Part shown: positions 1 to 9,132 of the stretch, piece by piece | How the letters are laid out: each line of letters begins with the position of its first letter | Position numbering within the stretch: position 1 is the stretch's first letter | Translations under genes and position numbers: made by a program | NCBI GenBank assembly: GCA_019057385.1 | Contig: JAHQJS010000004.1 | Span: 1 to 64,000 of the forward strand | Direction: 5' to 3' | Source of the DNA: Candidatus Borrarchaeum weybense | GTDB taxonomy: Archaea > Asgardarchaeota > Sifarchaeia > Borrarchaeales > Borrarchaeaceae | Length of the DNA stretch: 64,000 nt | The notes under the pieces: model-generated | Database searches by the model: none | What the model saw: only the letters and a program-made list of their open reading frames with translations | Told to the model about the DNA's origin: nothing

Positions 1-258
1 CGGGTTACGGAGGTCTTATCTCCACAGGCTTAACATCCCTACGCTCCGTAGGTACGGCTAACGATGGTGAGACAATCGAATCGGAGTATGCACCTTATCT
101 TCAAGTGTGCGCATGATCCCTCCAATTGTTATTGATACCTTCCTCATACCATCTATATAACGTTAGGGAGACCCCTCGATGCACGTGATGAACGTGAACA
201 CACACTACCGCCATTCATCACCACGCTGAAGCTGTAGTGCTTTCTTGTTTGGCTACTC
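1..258 (-). mobile_element. Non-autonomous IS200/IS605-type minimal element, family A, copy 1 (right end cut by window edge)
   Basis: Closely similar to 2185-2432; subterminal left-end hairpin (CACCACGCTGAAGCTGTAGTG); TTAT immediately 5' of the left end on the minus strand (259-262). Confidence 0.8.
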
Positions 259-280
259 ATAATCTAGGAAGTAAAAACAC

Positions 281-1072
281 ATGGACTCTACTGCACTGAA
301 AAAAAGTTATTTTCAGCTACTTCTTCAACACATGCAAAGATATCTTCGATTTTCTGCACACCCCACTATTCGGTATTATATAGTTCGAAGGACTCAACTC
401 GTTTATTCTTTGTTGCAAGAGGAAACTGGAGTGATTTTACTGGATGTAGGTTGCGGCGAGGGACTAGATGTCTATAATCTAGCAAGAAACTATTCTTATA
501 CAATCGGGATCGATCTATCCGCAGATGCATTGAAGCGAGTTGCAAGAGGCAACCGCCCTACAAATACCTTTCTTATACGAGGAGATGCAGAAAATCTGCC
601 ATTAAAAAGTGAATCAATCAGTATTTCGCTTTGTTTAGATGTATTAGAGCATCTGCCTGAGCCAAGAAAAGCATTAAAAGAGTTAACACGAGTTTCTAAA
701 GATCTAATTGTTATTGCTGTCCCTCTAGCTATGAACCCTCCATTTGCGACACTATTGACGAAATTACGCTGGCTTAAAACCACTCCTTTGAATATAGAAA
801 CAGTTGCCGCAGAAAAGGGAGTTAAAGAATTACCTGAACATGGGCATATTAACGAATACACCGTTGGGAGAATAAGAAATGAATTAGAGAGCCTAAAAAT
901 ACATAAAATCAAAAAATTGATTTTAATGAATCAATTTACAATACCCTTCCGAGAAAAAATTTTATTGAGATTTCCAAAACTAGTCCAGATTTTTGTCCAG
1001 TTAGATAAAATCTTTAGTAAACTATTCCCAATTGGAAGATGGGGTTCTGCTGTGGTTGCAATCCAACTTTAA
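281..1072 (+). CDS. Class I SAM-dependent methyltransferase (Methyltransf_11-like)
   Basis: LLDVGCGEG motif I, GIDLS, GDAENLP, VLEHL. Confidence 0.85.
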   Translation: MDSTALKKSYFQLLLQHMQRYLRFSAHPTIRYYIVRRTQLVYSLLQEETGVILLDVGCGEGLDVYNLARNYSYTIGIDLSADALKRVARGNRPTNTFLIRGDAENLPLKSESISISLCLDVLEHLPEPRKALKELTRVSKDLIVIAVPLAMNPPFATLLTKLRWLKTTPLNIETVAAEKGVKELPEHGHINEYTVGRIRNELESLKIHKIKKLILMNQFTIPFREKILLRFPKLVQIFVQLDKIFSKLFPIGRWGSAVVAIQL

Positions 1073-1146
1073 AGATGAATTGACAAGCGTACTGTTATGA
1101 AATTAATGTGTAAAGTAATCAAAGTTTATGGTTGGAGAACTAATCT

Positions 1147-2142
1147 ATGACTAAGAAAACATTCTCGGTTATTGTTACTGGACTCAATGTTCAAAGTACC
1201 ATTGATGAATGTATTCAATCATTGTTACAACAAGACTACCCAGAGAATGAATATGAGATTATATACATAGATGGTGGATCAACGGACAGTACTCTTGAAA
1301 AAGTATCTAAATATCCTGTGCGCATTTTACAGGAACGAGGAGGATCACCAGCATCAGGAAGAAATACAGGAATTAAAAAAGCTCAGGGAATAATAATTGC
1401 ATTTACAGATGCAGACTCTGTAGCTGATAAAAACTGGCTGAAAGAACTACTTGAATGCTATGATACACCCGAAGTGGCGGGGGTGGGAGGAGTAATCTTA
1501 CCATATCCTGAGAAGAATTACTTCCCACGAACAATGGGATTATTATTACCCACATTTTTTGGATCTGCGGGTGCCAGGAACCCTGCAATTTATCCAACTA
1601 CAAGGCTTGTAGACCATAACCCAACAAATAACTCATCACTTCGAAAACAGGTTTTAGAAGAAGTCGGTTACTTCAATGAGGAACTAAAGGTTGCAGAAGA
1701 TATCGAATTAGATTTAAGAATTATAAACAAGGGTTATAAGCTCATATATACTCCTAAAGCAAAAGTTAGGCACCATGGTAGGCAGTCCTTGTCTAAGTTC
1801 ATTCTTCAAATGTATAATTATGGGATTTGGAGAGCATGGGCTGGAAAAAGATATCCGGGCTTGCTTAAACCAAAACATCTTCTCCCTTCGCTTTTCTTGC
1901 TTTTTCTCATATTCAGTGCACTATTTACTACGGTAACTACCCTATTAATGCCGATATCGCTTCTACTTTCCGTGATCTTACTTACCTATTTATCCACAGG
2001 ACTAATTACAGGACTAAAAGTCTCACTAAAAAGTGAAATACCAAGTCATGTAATTGTTATACCGATCTTAGGATTCATAGAGCATGTATCATACGGTCTG
2101 GGCATATTATATGGTCTGTTAAGTGAGCTACCTCGTGCTTAA
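1147..2142 (+). CDS. GT2 family glycosyltransferase with C-terminal TM helices; last codons supplied by the inserted element
   Basis: FSVIV, IDGGSTD, RNTG, FTDAD (DxD), EDIEL motifs. Confidence 0.9.
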   Translation: MTKKTFSVIVTGLNVQSTIDECIQSLLQQDYPENEYEIIYIDGGSTDSTLEKVSKYPVRILQERGGSPASGRNTGIKKAQGIIIAFTDADSVADKNWLKELLECYDTPEVAGVGGVILPYPEKNYFPRTMGLLLPTFFGSAGARNPAIYPTTRLVDHNPTNNSSLRKQVLEEVGYFNEELKVAEDIELDLRIINKGYKLIYTPKAKVRHHGRQSLSKFILQMYNYGIWRAWAGKRYPGLLKPKHLLPSLFLLFLIFSALFTTVTTLLMPISLLLSVILLTYLSTGLITGLKVSLKSEIPSHVIVIPILGFIEHVSYGLGILYGLLSELPRA

Positions 2143-2310
2143 GCTTCGAGGCTTCCTGCTTCTACGACAGACTCGATCCCCTTGCGGGTTACGGAGGTCT
2201 TATCTCCACAGGCTTAACATCCCTACGCCCCGTAGGTACGGCTAACGATGGTGAGGCAATCGGAGTATGCACCTTGTTTGCAAGTGTGCGCATTATCCCT
2301 CCAATTGTTA
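2103..2310 (-). ncRNA. Putative omegaRNA (family A scaffold plus flanking guide); boundaries approximate
   Basis: Right-end pattern AGGAAGCC...GGTAGCTCAC parallels the tnpB-associated right end at 63577-63669; upstream TATA-like box. Confidence 0.5.
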
Positions 2311-2432
2311 TTGATACCTTCCTCATACCACCTATATAACGTTAGGGAGACCCTCAATGCAAGTGTTGAAAGTGAAAACTACCGCCATTCATCACCACGC
2401 TGAAGCGGTGGTGCTTTCTTGCTTAGCTACTC
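2123..2432 (-). mobile_element. Non-autonomous IS200/IS605 (tnpB-derived) minimal element, family A, copy 2 (310 bp)
   Basis: Minus strand: TTAC | left-end hairpin CACCACCGC-TTCA-GCGTGGTG ... TATA-like GTTATATAG (2332-2340) ... GGAGG+ATG ... right end AGGAAGCCTCG...CGAGGTAGCTCAC; no terminal inverted repeats or target duplication. Confidence 0.85.
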
Positions 2433-2461
2433 GTAAGCAAAAATTCTAGAGAACGATGTTA

Positions 2462-3349
2462 TTATTCTTCCCCTATTTTGGAAACTGTTAGTTTTTTGAA
2501 AACTCGCTCGTAGAAATCAGTTATACCTTCGAGCCGTATGAATTTCACAGCATTTTCCGATTTGAAAATATTCAATACATCTCCAGGGCGAATTTCTTTA
2601 TCAAATGAACGCCCATCCATTACAATTTGTGCAGTAGGCTCGTAAATGGTCACGTTAATTTTACTTGAAGTGGGAATCACAAAAGGAACCCTATAAGGCA
2701 ATTCTAACGGATTTACACACTTGATAATAAATGCATTAAGGCTAGGAGTGATTATTGGCCCTCCTGCAGATAATGAATGTGCTGTAGAGCCAGTTGTCGT
2801 GGATGCAATTAGTGCATCAAGATAAGTATCTGCGACGATTGTGTTATCTATTTGAACTTTGAGATGAAGCATTGGAGTGGCTACTCCTAATGGCTTACTA
2901 CTTGTGATTACAATCTCATTCAAAGCGTCAGGTAAATATAGTTTATTGTTTAGTTTAGCAGTGATTTTATCTCGCAGTTCTATGGTATAATTTCCAGTCA
3001 AGATTTGTTCAATTGCGTCCTTTGCATTCTCAGGTTTTATTTCCGTCATGAAACCAACCTTTTTTCGAGAGAAGTCGATAGCTAAAATTGGAATCGATGA
3101 ATTAGTAAGCTGATTACATGCATATAGAATTGACCCATCACCACCTGCTACGATTAAAAGATCCAAATCATCAAGTTCTGATAGGTCGATAGCAAGTGTT
3201 TGAAGGTTCAATCTTTCAGCGACATTTCGTTCAAGAAAAACTGTTAGTCCCAGTCTTTGAAGGAATCTAGCAAAATCTTTCGTGAATTTCATTGCATCCT
3301 CATAATTAGGTGGAGCAGTTAGAGCAACACTCTTAATCACAATTCTCAA
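2462..3349 (-). CDS. nadK: NAD(+) kinase
   Basis: GGDG motif, LNE, TTGSTAHSLSAGGP, DG motif. Confidence 0.92.
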   Translation of the reverse strand: MRIVIKSVALTAPPNYEDAMKFTKDFARFLQRLGLTVFLERNVAERLNLQTLAIDLSELDDLDLLIVAGGDGSILYACNQLTNSSIPILAIDFSRKKVGFMTEIKPENAKDAIEQILTGNYTIELRDKITAKLNNKLYLPDALNEIVITSSKPLGVATPMLHLKVQIDNTIVADTYLDALIASTTTGSTAHSLSAGGPIITPSLNAFIIKCVNPLELPYRVPFVIPTSSKINVTIYEPTAQIVMDGRSFDKEIRPGDVLNIFKSENAVKFIRLEGITDFYERVFKKLTVSKIGEE

Positions 3350-4137
3350 CCCAATAAACTGATTATTTCTTGATGTAATGAACGATTACTCGCACAGACA
3401 ATCGAATATCTTGCAGATAATTCAAAAACATTAGAAGTTAAAGGCTTTCCTTCCATATCTGTGATTATGCCTCCAGCTTCTTCAATAAACAATTTCGCTG
3501 CAACAATATCCATTATCTTTAAACTGCCACGAGTATCTATGAGAGCATCTAACAAACCCGTAGCTGTATAACACACTTCAAGGGCAATAGAGCCAAATAG
3601 ACGAGTTTTATATGCCTGAGAGGCAACTGGTTTGACTTGTTCAAGATCTGTGTCGTAAACATATATACTTACGATAGCTTTGCTTAATTTCTCTTCTATT
3701 GGTAGACGGTATATTGGCTTACCATCAACTTTTATGTCCCTTCCCTTCTCGACTTCAAATAGATTATTCTTAAGTAAAAGCGGTGCTCTAATAAGTCCCG
3801 CAACGACATCATTAAACGTATTCCCTTCAAGTAATGCAAGACTTAAAGAAAAAAATGGAACCCCTCGGCTTGCATTTGTGCTTCCATCAATTGGATCTAT
3901 GATAAGTGTATATTTTGGTTCATCCCCAAAAGTGAAGGTTCCGCTTTCTTCACTGATGAGTTTAATTGATACATCATTCTTCTGTAAGAAATTAATGCAT
4001 GCATCTTCAGCAATTTTATCAATGCCTTTCGTGGTTTGCCCGTATATATTTTCTCCAATATCTTTATATGCTTCCGAAGTGCCTATAACAGGCTTGACTG
4101 CCTGCCATATTACCTCAGAGAGTTTTCTAAGGAACAA
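3346..4137 (-). CDS. suhB: Inositol monophosphatase/FBPase family (possible NADP phosphatase)
   Basis: SEE, IIDPIDGSTN, FGSIALE, DIVAA motifs; overlaps the NAD kinase start. Confidence 0.88.
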   Translation of the reverse strand: MFLRKLSEVIWQAVKPVIGTSEAYKDIGENIYGQTTKGIDKIAEDACINFLQKNDVSIKLISEESGTFTFGDEPKYTLIIDPIDGSTNASRGVPFFSLSLALLEGNTFNDVVAGLIRAPLLLKNNLFEVEKGRDIKVDGKPIYRLPIEEKLSKAIVSIYVYDTDLEQVKPVASQAYKTRLFGSIALEVCYTATGLLDALIDTRGSLKIMDIVAAKLFIEEAGGIITDMEGKPLTSNVFELSARYSIVCASNRSLHQEIISLLG

Positions 4138-4345
4138 TGAAACATCTTGGCTAAGAGATATTTATATCACCTTTTCAGGTAAAACTAATTAACAAATCCC
4201 TTAGAAGTCTTTATAAAAGATGCATATTAAAAACGATTCATCATAAGGACTCTTTGCGAAATGCAAGCGATATTGGGAGAAGTTTTATCAATAAGACTAG
4301 AAAGAATGTCCTTGTAAGCAAAAGTTTAGGTTGAGGTGAAAGAAA

Positions 4346-4753
4346 ATGAGCAAAAAACCAGCTGAAGTAGGCTCTCTAAAAGTAGGACGATATCTTATTA
4401 TCTCTGAAGGTGGAAAAGAACATCCTTGTCGAATTTTAAGTCTTGATCGTTCAAAGCCAGGAAAACATGGATCAGCCAAAGCACGTATTGTTGCAGTAGG
4501 AGTTTTTGATGGAGTTAAAAGAACGATTGTGTCCCCCGTTTCTGCTAAGATTCAGGTGCCCGTTATTGAAAAGCGAAATGGACAGGTTATCTCTATGAAT
4601 CCTTTTATGCTTATGGACTTGGAAGATTATTCAAACTTTGAATTATCAATGCCTGAAGATGAAGAAATCGCCTCAAAAATAGTAGAAGGTGCCACAGTGG
4701 AATATTGGAACATTCTTGGTCAAAAAAAGATAATGAGGATAAAATCCTCATAG
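4346..4753 (+). CDS. eif5a: Translation factor aIF5A
   Basis: Hypusine loop SKPGKHGSAK. Confidence 0.97.
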   Translation: MSKKPAEVGSLKVGRYLIISEGGKEHPCRILSLDRSKPGKHGSAKARIVAVGVFDGVKRTIVSPVSAKIQVPVIEKRNGQVISMNPFMLMDLEDYSNFELSMPEDEEIASKIVEGATVEYWNILGQKKIMRIKSS

Positions 4754-4771
4754 CGTTCTTAGTTATTAAGA

Positions 4772-4840
4772 ACATCAGCTTTCATAGAGTTCATCATTGG
4801 AGCGTATTGCATTCCTCTGTAAGCCCTTTGTCATCATCCT
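4772..4840 (-). ncRNA. Box C/D guide sRNA (putative)
   Basis: Minus strand: C box ATGATGA (4831-4837), 11-nt guide, D' CAGA (4816-4819), C' ATGATGA (4791-4797), 12-nt guide, D CTGA (4775-4778); TATA-like TTTTTATT about 25 nt upstream. Confidence 0.78.
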
Positions 4841-5011
4841 AATTATATGAGTTTTAGAGAAATAAAAAGGTTTATTGTATTTCAATACAGAAATAAGATT
4901 AAAATACCTTTAAACAGAAATCTTGCTTTGTTACTAAAAACATAAAACAAATGAACTGCATCCAGCGATTACACTACATAAATCAGATTTGTAAAATAAA
5001 TATTTGCAGAG

Positions 5012-6148
5012 TTGGAGGCTAATTGGTTGACCAGTGCTTTAATTCTCGCGGGTGGATTTGGAACACGCTTAAGACCATTAACATGCACACGTCCTAAGCC
5101 TCTTTTCCCCCTAGGCAATAGACCATTAAGCGAAATTTTAGTCCAACGCCTAAGCGAAGTAGTAGACCGTGTAGTATTTGCTATCAATTATCAAGCTGAA
5201 AAAATAATGCAGTATTTCGGTTCGGGTGAAAAATACGGTATTGAAATTAAATATGCCAAAGAAAAACGACCTCTTGGCACGGGAGGTCCTATTAAACATG
5301 CACAAAATCTTTTGGATGATTCACCATTTCTTGTGTTGAATGGCGATGTAATTTCTCTCATCGATTTCAAAGATATGTTAAACTTTCATAAGCAGCGTGG
5401 GGATGCACTTGGCACAATAGCGTTATATCCTGTTGAGGATCCATCCAGATACGGGGCAGTTGAACTTGATGATGCTTACAGAATTTTAAGATTTGTGGAA
5501 AAACCTCCTCCAGGAGAGGAGCCAAGTAATTTGATTAATGCAGGTGCCTATGTACTTGACCCAGAGGTTTTTGATTATATTCCAGAAAATGAACCATTTT
5601 CTATCGAAAGGGGAGTATTTCCAATTTTTGCTGACCAAATGAAACTTTATGGCTACAAATATAATGATGTATGGCTCGATATGGGAAAACCTGCAGATTA
5701 TATACAAGCAAATAAGTATGTTCTTGACCATTTTTTAAAAAAAACAGATTCAAGCATAAATAAGGGGGCTTTTATTAGTTCATCCGCCAAAATAGAAGAA
5801 CCAGTGCATATTAACGCATCTATTGCAATCGGTAAAAATGTAGAAATCGCAAGGGAAACTCATATAGGACCTTATGTATGCATTGGGGATGATGTAAGTA
5901 TTGGACAAGGTTGTCGAATTGAAAACTCAATAATATTTCCAGATGTTCGAATAGAATCATTTAGTTCTATTAACAATTGTATAATCGGTGAGGCGGCAAC
6001 TCTTGGTCGTTGGGTAAAGATCGAAGGCTTAACAATTATTGGTGATTATTGTACAATTAAGGATAATGTTACTTTAACCTCAGGTGTGATGATTTGTCCA
6101 TGGAAAACTGTATCAGATAGCATCATCACACCACAAACTGTTATGTAA
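5012..6148 (+). CDS. Sugar-phosphate nucleotidyltransferase, mannose-1-phosphate guanylyltransferase-like
   Basis: LAGGFGTRLRPLT..PKPL, LGTGG, NGD, FVEKP, INAG; C-terminal left-handed beta-helix. Confidence 0.9.
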   Translation: MEANWLTSALILAGGFGTRLRPLTCTRPKPLFPLGNRPLSEILVQRLSEVVDRVVFAINYQAEKIMQYFGSGEKYGIEIKYAKEKRPLGTGGPIKHAQNLLDDSPFLVLNGDVISLIDFKDMLNFHKQRGDALGTIALYPVEDPSRYGAVELDDAYRILRFVEKPPPGEEPSNLINAGAYVLDPEVFDYIPENEPFSIERGVFPIFADQMKLYGYKYNDVWLDMGKPADYIQANKYVLDHFLKKTDSSINKGAFISSSAKIEEPVHINASIAIGKNVEIARETHIGPYVCIGDDVSIGQGCRIENSIIFPDVRIESFSSINNCIIGEAATLGRWVKIEGLTIIGDYCTIKDNVTLTSGVMICPWKTVSDSIITPQTVM

Positions 6149-6220
6149 GTCAATTACCCTCCATTAAGCTGGGGTATTCTTAAAGAGAAAAAATATAAAG
6201 GCTCACTAAGGGGTGATTAA

Positions 6221-7390
6221 ATGAGAGCAGTTGTTTTAGCAGCAGGAACTGGAACACGAATGAGACCCCTCACTTATGCTAAACCTAAACATATGCTGCA
6301 AGTTGCAGGAAAACCTGTCTTAGAACACATACTTGATTTTTTAAGATTAGCAAATATCCAAGACGTGTGCATAGTTGTTGGATATTTGAGAGAAGTCGTT
6401 ATGGATTATTTTGGTGATGGCGATCGATTTGATATGAATATAACGTATGCCCATCAAGAAAAACGACTAGGCTTGGCCCATGCCTTGAAATATGCGCAAC
6501 CACACCTTGAAAATGACAACTTTGTTATGGTACTTGGCGATGTGATGATAAGATTAGACCTTAAAGAAATGGTAGAGCACCATCTGGCTCATAATGCTGT
6601 TGCCACTATAGGTTTAGCTACTGTAGATGACCCCACGCCTTTTGGAGTAGTAAAAATGGATGAGGACTTGAGAATAAGCAAGTTGATTGAGAAACCAAAA
6701 GTCCCTCCCTCAAATTATGTGATAACAGGGCTTTACATCTTTGACAATGAAATATTCAGCGCTATTGACAAGATACCGAAGTCTTGGCGTGGCGAATATG
6801 AAATCACCGATGCAATTCAATTGCTTGTTGAACAAGGGGATCCTGTTTATGGATATCCTGCGCTAAAATATTGGAAGGATACTGGACGACCTACTGATCT
6901 CTTAGAAGCCAACAAAAAATTTCTGTCCGATTATCTTGGCAATTATATCGTCGGAGAAGTTCACCAAGGATGCGAAATTGATGGGATAATACGTGTTGAA
7001 AAGGGAAGTGTGCTCCATACAGGCGTTAAAATCCATGGTCCTGTATCTATTGGCGAAGATTCTTTTATAGGACCGAATTGTGAACTTGGCCCCTACGTCC
7101 AAATCGGATCAAATGTACGACTTGTAGAAAATGTAACTTTGGCAAATACCATTATTATGAATAACACATTAGTGTCAAACGACGCTGTAATCAAAGATTC
7201 AATTATAGGAGAAAAGTGTCAAATAGGACCTGAAGTAATAGCTGAAGGCACTGATAATGTTTTCGGCGTTGTAATCGCAGACCATTCTGTTGTAGGACCA
7301 AATATAACTTTCACCCCGGGCAATACGCTTGGTCCACATTCGACCATTCAACCTCAACCAACAGCAAACAAAAATCAAGAGAGTGAATAA
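6221..7390 (+). CDS. Sugar-1-phosphate nucleotidyltransferase (long-form RmlA/GlmU-like)
   Basis: LAAGTGTRMRPLT, GLAHA, EKP, SWRGEYEITDAI; hexapeptide repeats. Confidence 0.88.
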   Translation: MRAVVLAAGTGTRMRPLTYAKPKHMLQVAGKPVLEHILDFLRLANIQDVCIVVGYLREVVMDYFGDGDRFDMNITYAHQEKRLGLAHALKYAQPHLENDNFVMVLGDVMIRLDLKEMVEHHLAHNAVATIGLATVDDPTPFGVVKMDEDLRISKLIEKPKVPPSNYVITGLYIFDNEIFSAIDKIPKSWRGEYEITDAIQLLVEQGDPVYGYPALKYWKDTGRPTDLLEANKKFLSDYLGNYIVGEVHQGCEIDGIIRVEKGSVLHTGVKIHGPVSIGEDSFIGPNCELGPYVQIGSNVRLVENVTLANTIIMNNTLVSNDAVIKDSIIGEKCQIGPEVIAEGTDNVFGVVIADHSVVGPNITFTPGNTLGPHSTIQPQPTANKNQESE

Positions 7391-7393
7391 ACT

Positions 7394-8371
7394 TTGCTTG
7401 AGGAAAGACGCATTCTCATTACTGGCGGGGCAGGATTTATCGGTTCACATCTTGCTGAGGCGCTAGTGGAACACAATAATATTGTGAAAATCTATGACAA
7501 CTTTAATCCATTTTATTTTAATAAAGAGGCAAATATAAAACGCCTAAAAGAAGCAAAAAACTGCACACTAATTAAAGGAGATATTCTTGATCTGAATAGC
7601 CTTAAGCAGGCTATTGGTAATGATACAGAACTTATCTTTCATATCGCAGCCCAGCCTGGCGTAAGATTCTCCGTTGAAACTCCTTTTAAAACGAATGAGA
7701 TCAATGTTACTGGCACACTGAATATGTTGGTTGCAGTGCAAAATTCAAATGTAGAGAAATTAATTAATGCATCCTCTTCTTCTGTATATGGTACTCCACA
7801 ATATTTACCAATTGATGAAAAACATCCTACCAATCCAGTTTCGCCTTATGGGGCTAGTAAACTCGCTGCAGAAAAATATTGTAAGGCTTTTTATCGCATT
7901 TACGGAATTAATGTCTGTTCATTACGTTTTTTTACTGTATATGGACCACGTCAGCGTCCTGATATGGCAATTCACATTTTTACACAACAGATCTTGAAAA
8001 ATGAGTCGCCAACTATTTTTGGGGATGGCAATCAAACTCGCGACTTTACATTTGTCGATGATACAGTTTCAGGAATCATTGCTTCAGCTGAAGCAAAGGA
8101 TACTGCTGGAGAAGACTTCAATCTCGGGAAAGGAGAAAGGTGTTCAGTAAATAATTTGATCTCTTTGCTAATAAAAATAACTGGAAACGCTGTAGAACCA
8201 AATTGGACAAAAATTATGAAAGGAGATGTATCGCATACATGGGCAGATATCACTAAAGCCAAAAAAATGCTAGGATATGATCCACAAACCTCTATTGAGA
8301 CAGGCCTAGAAGAATTTGTAGAATGGTATAAATCCACGCCTTATGATCAGATTCCAAAGGCTTCTCCTTGA
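7394..8371 (+). CDS. NAD-dependent nucleotide-sugar epimerase (GalE/UDP-GlcA epimerase-like SDR)
   Basis: TGGAGFIG, AAQPGVR, SSSSVYG, YGASK, FTVYGPRQRPDMA. Confidence 0.92.
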   Translation: MLEERRILITGGAGFIGSHLAEALVEHNNIVKIYDNFNPFYFNKEANIKRLKEAKNCTLIKGDILDLNSLKQAIGNDTELIFHIAAQPGVRFSVETPFKTNEINVTGTLNMLVAVQNSNVEKLINASSSSVYGTPQYLPIDEKHPTNPVSPYGASKLAAEKYCKAFYRIYGINVCSLRFFTVYGPRQRPDMAIHIFTQQILKNESPTIFGDGNQTRDFTFVDDTVSGIIASAEAKDTAGEDFNLGKGERCSVNNLISLLIKITGNAVEPNWTKIMKGDVSHTWADITKAKKMLGYDPQTSIETGLEEFVEWYKSTPYDQIPKASP

Positions 8372-8459
8372 ATCGATGTAATTTACCTCGTTAATTGCTG
8401 GTTAAACTTATAAAGAAAGAAATGAAACGGAATTAAATATCCCTGTTCTGGGTGGTTTA

Positions 8460-9083
8460 ATGACCCTAAAGCATAAACGCACTTTCAAATCAGAAACAAT
8501 TGATAAATTAATTCTTGACACTTTAAAAAAGAGTAAGCCAAAGCCAAAAACTGTTAAAGAACTAGCTACGCTTGTTAATAAGGAGCATGGTGTTCCTGTA
8601 AAAAAAGTTTTGGACAGAATTGAAGAACTAGAAATCGAAGGGAAAATCAACTTAAAGCAACCAGAAGGTAAAGATGCAGCTCCAGTTCCAGATAATATAT
8701 TAGATTATATAATGAGTTATGAATATGGGCTAGAATTCTGGATAGTTATAGGGCTTGTCGTAGCCACGATTCCTGCAGCGCTTTTTATTCCTGCAGATCA
8801 CCCACTGGTTGCAATTCGCTGGGTTTTAGGGATTATATTCGTCTTATTTTTGAGCGGCTATGCACTTACTAGCGCATTATTTCCAACAGGCGAAGAAATT
8901 GATGGAATCGAGAAGATTGCCCTCAGTTTTGGTTTAAGCTTGGCTGTTGCTGTCTTTGACGGATTGGCGCTGAATTTTCTCTGGGCAATTCAATTGATCC
9001 CACTGCTAGTAACATTGTCCATTTTTACGCTGGTTATGTGGATTATCTATCTCTTCAGAAAGTTAGGAAAGTTCCCCATCTGA
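8460..9083 (+). CDS. DUF1616-like membrane protein with N-terminal HTH-like domain
   Basis: FVLFLSGYALTSALFP...EKIALSFGLSLA pattern; four TM segments. Confidence 0.7.
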   Translation: MTLKHKRTFKSETIDKLILDTLKKSKPKPKTVKELATLVNKEHGVPVKKVLDRIEELEIEGKINLKQPEGKDAAPVPDNILDYIMSYEYGLEFWIVIGLVVATIPAALFIPADHPLVAIRWVLGIIFVLFLSGYALTSALFPTGEEIDGIEKIALSFGLSLAVAVFDGLALNFLWAIQLIPLLVTLSIFTLVMWIIYLFRKLGKFPI

Positions 9084-9132
9084 TAGTTGAATTTCTCCTA
9101 AGTCTCTGTGTGTTTTAGATTTTTTCAAGAAC

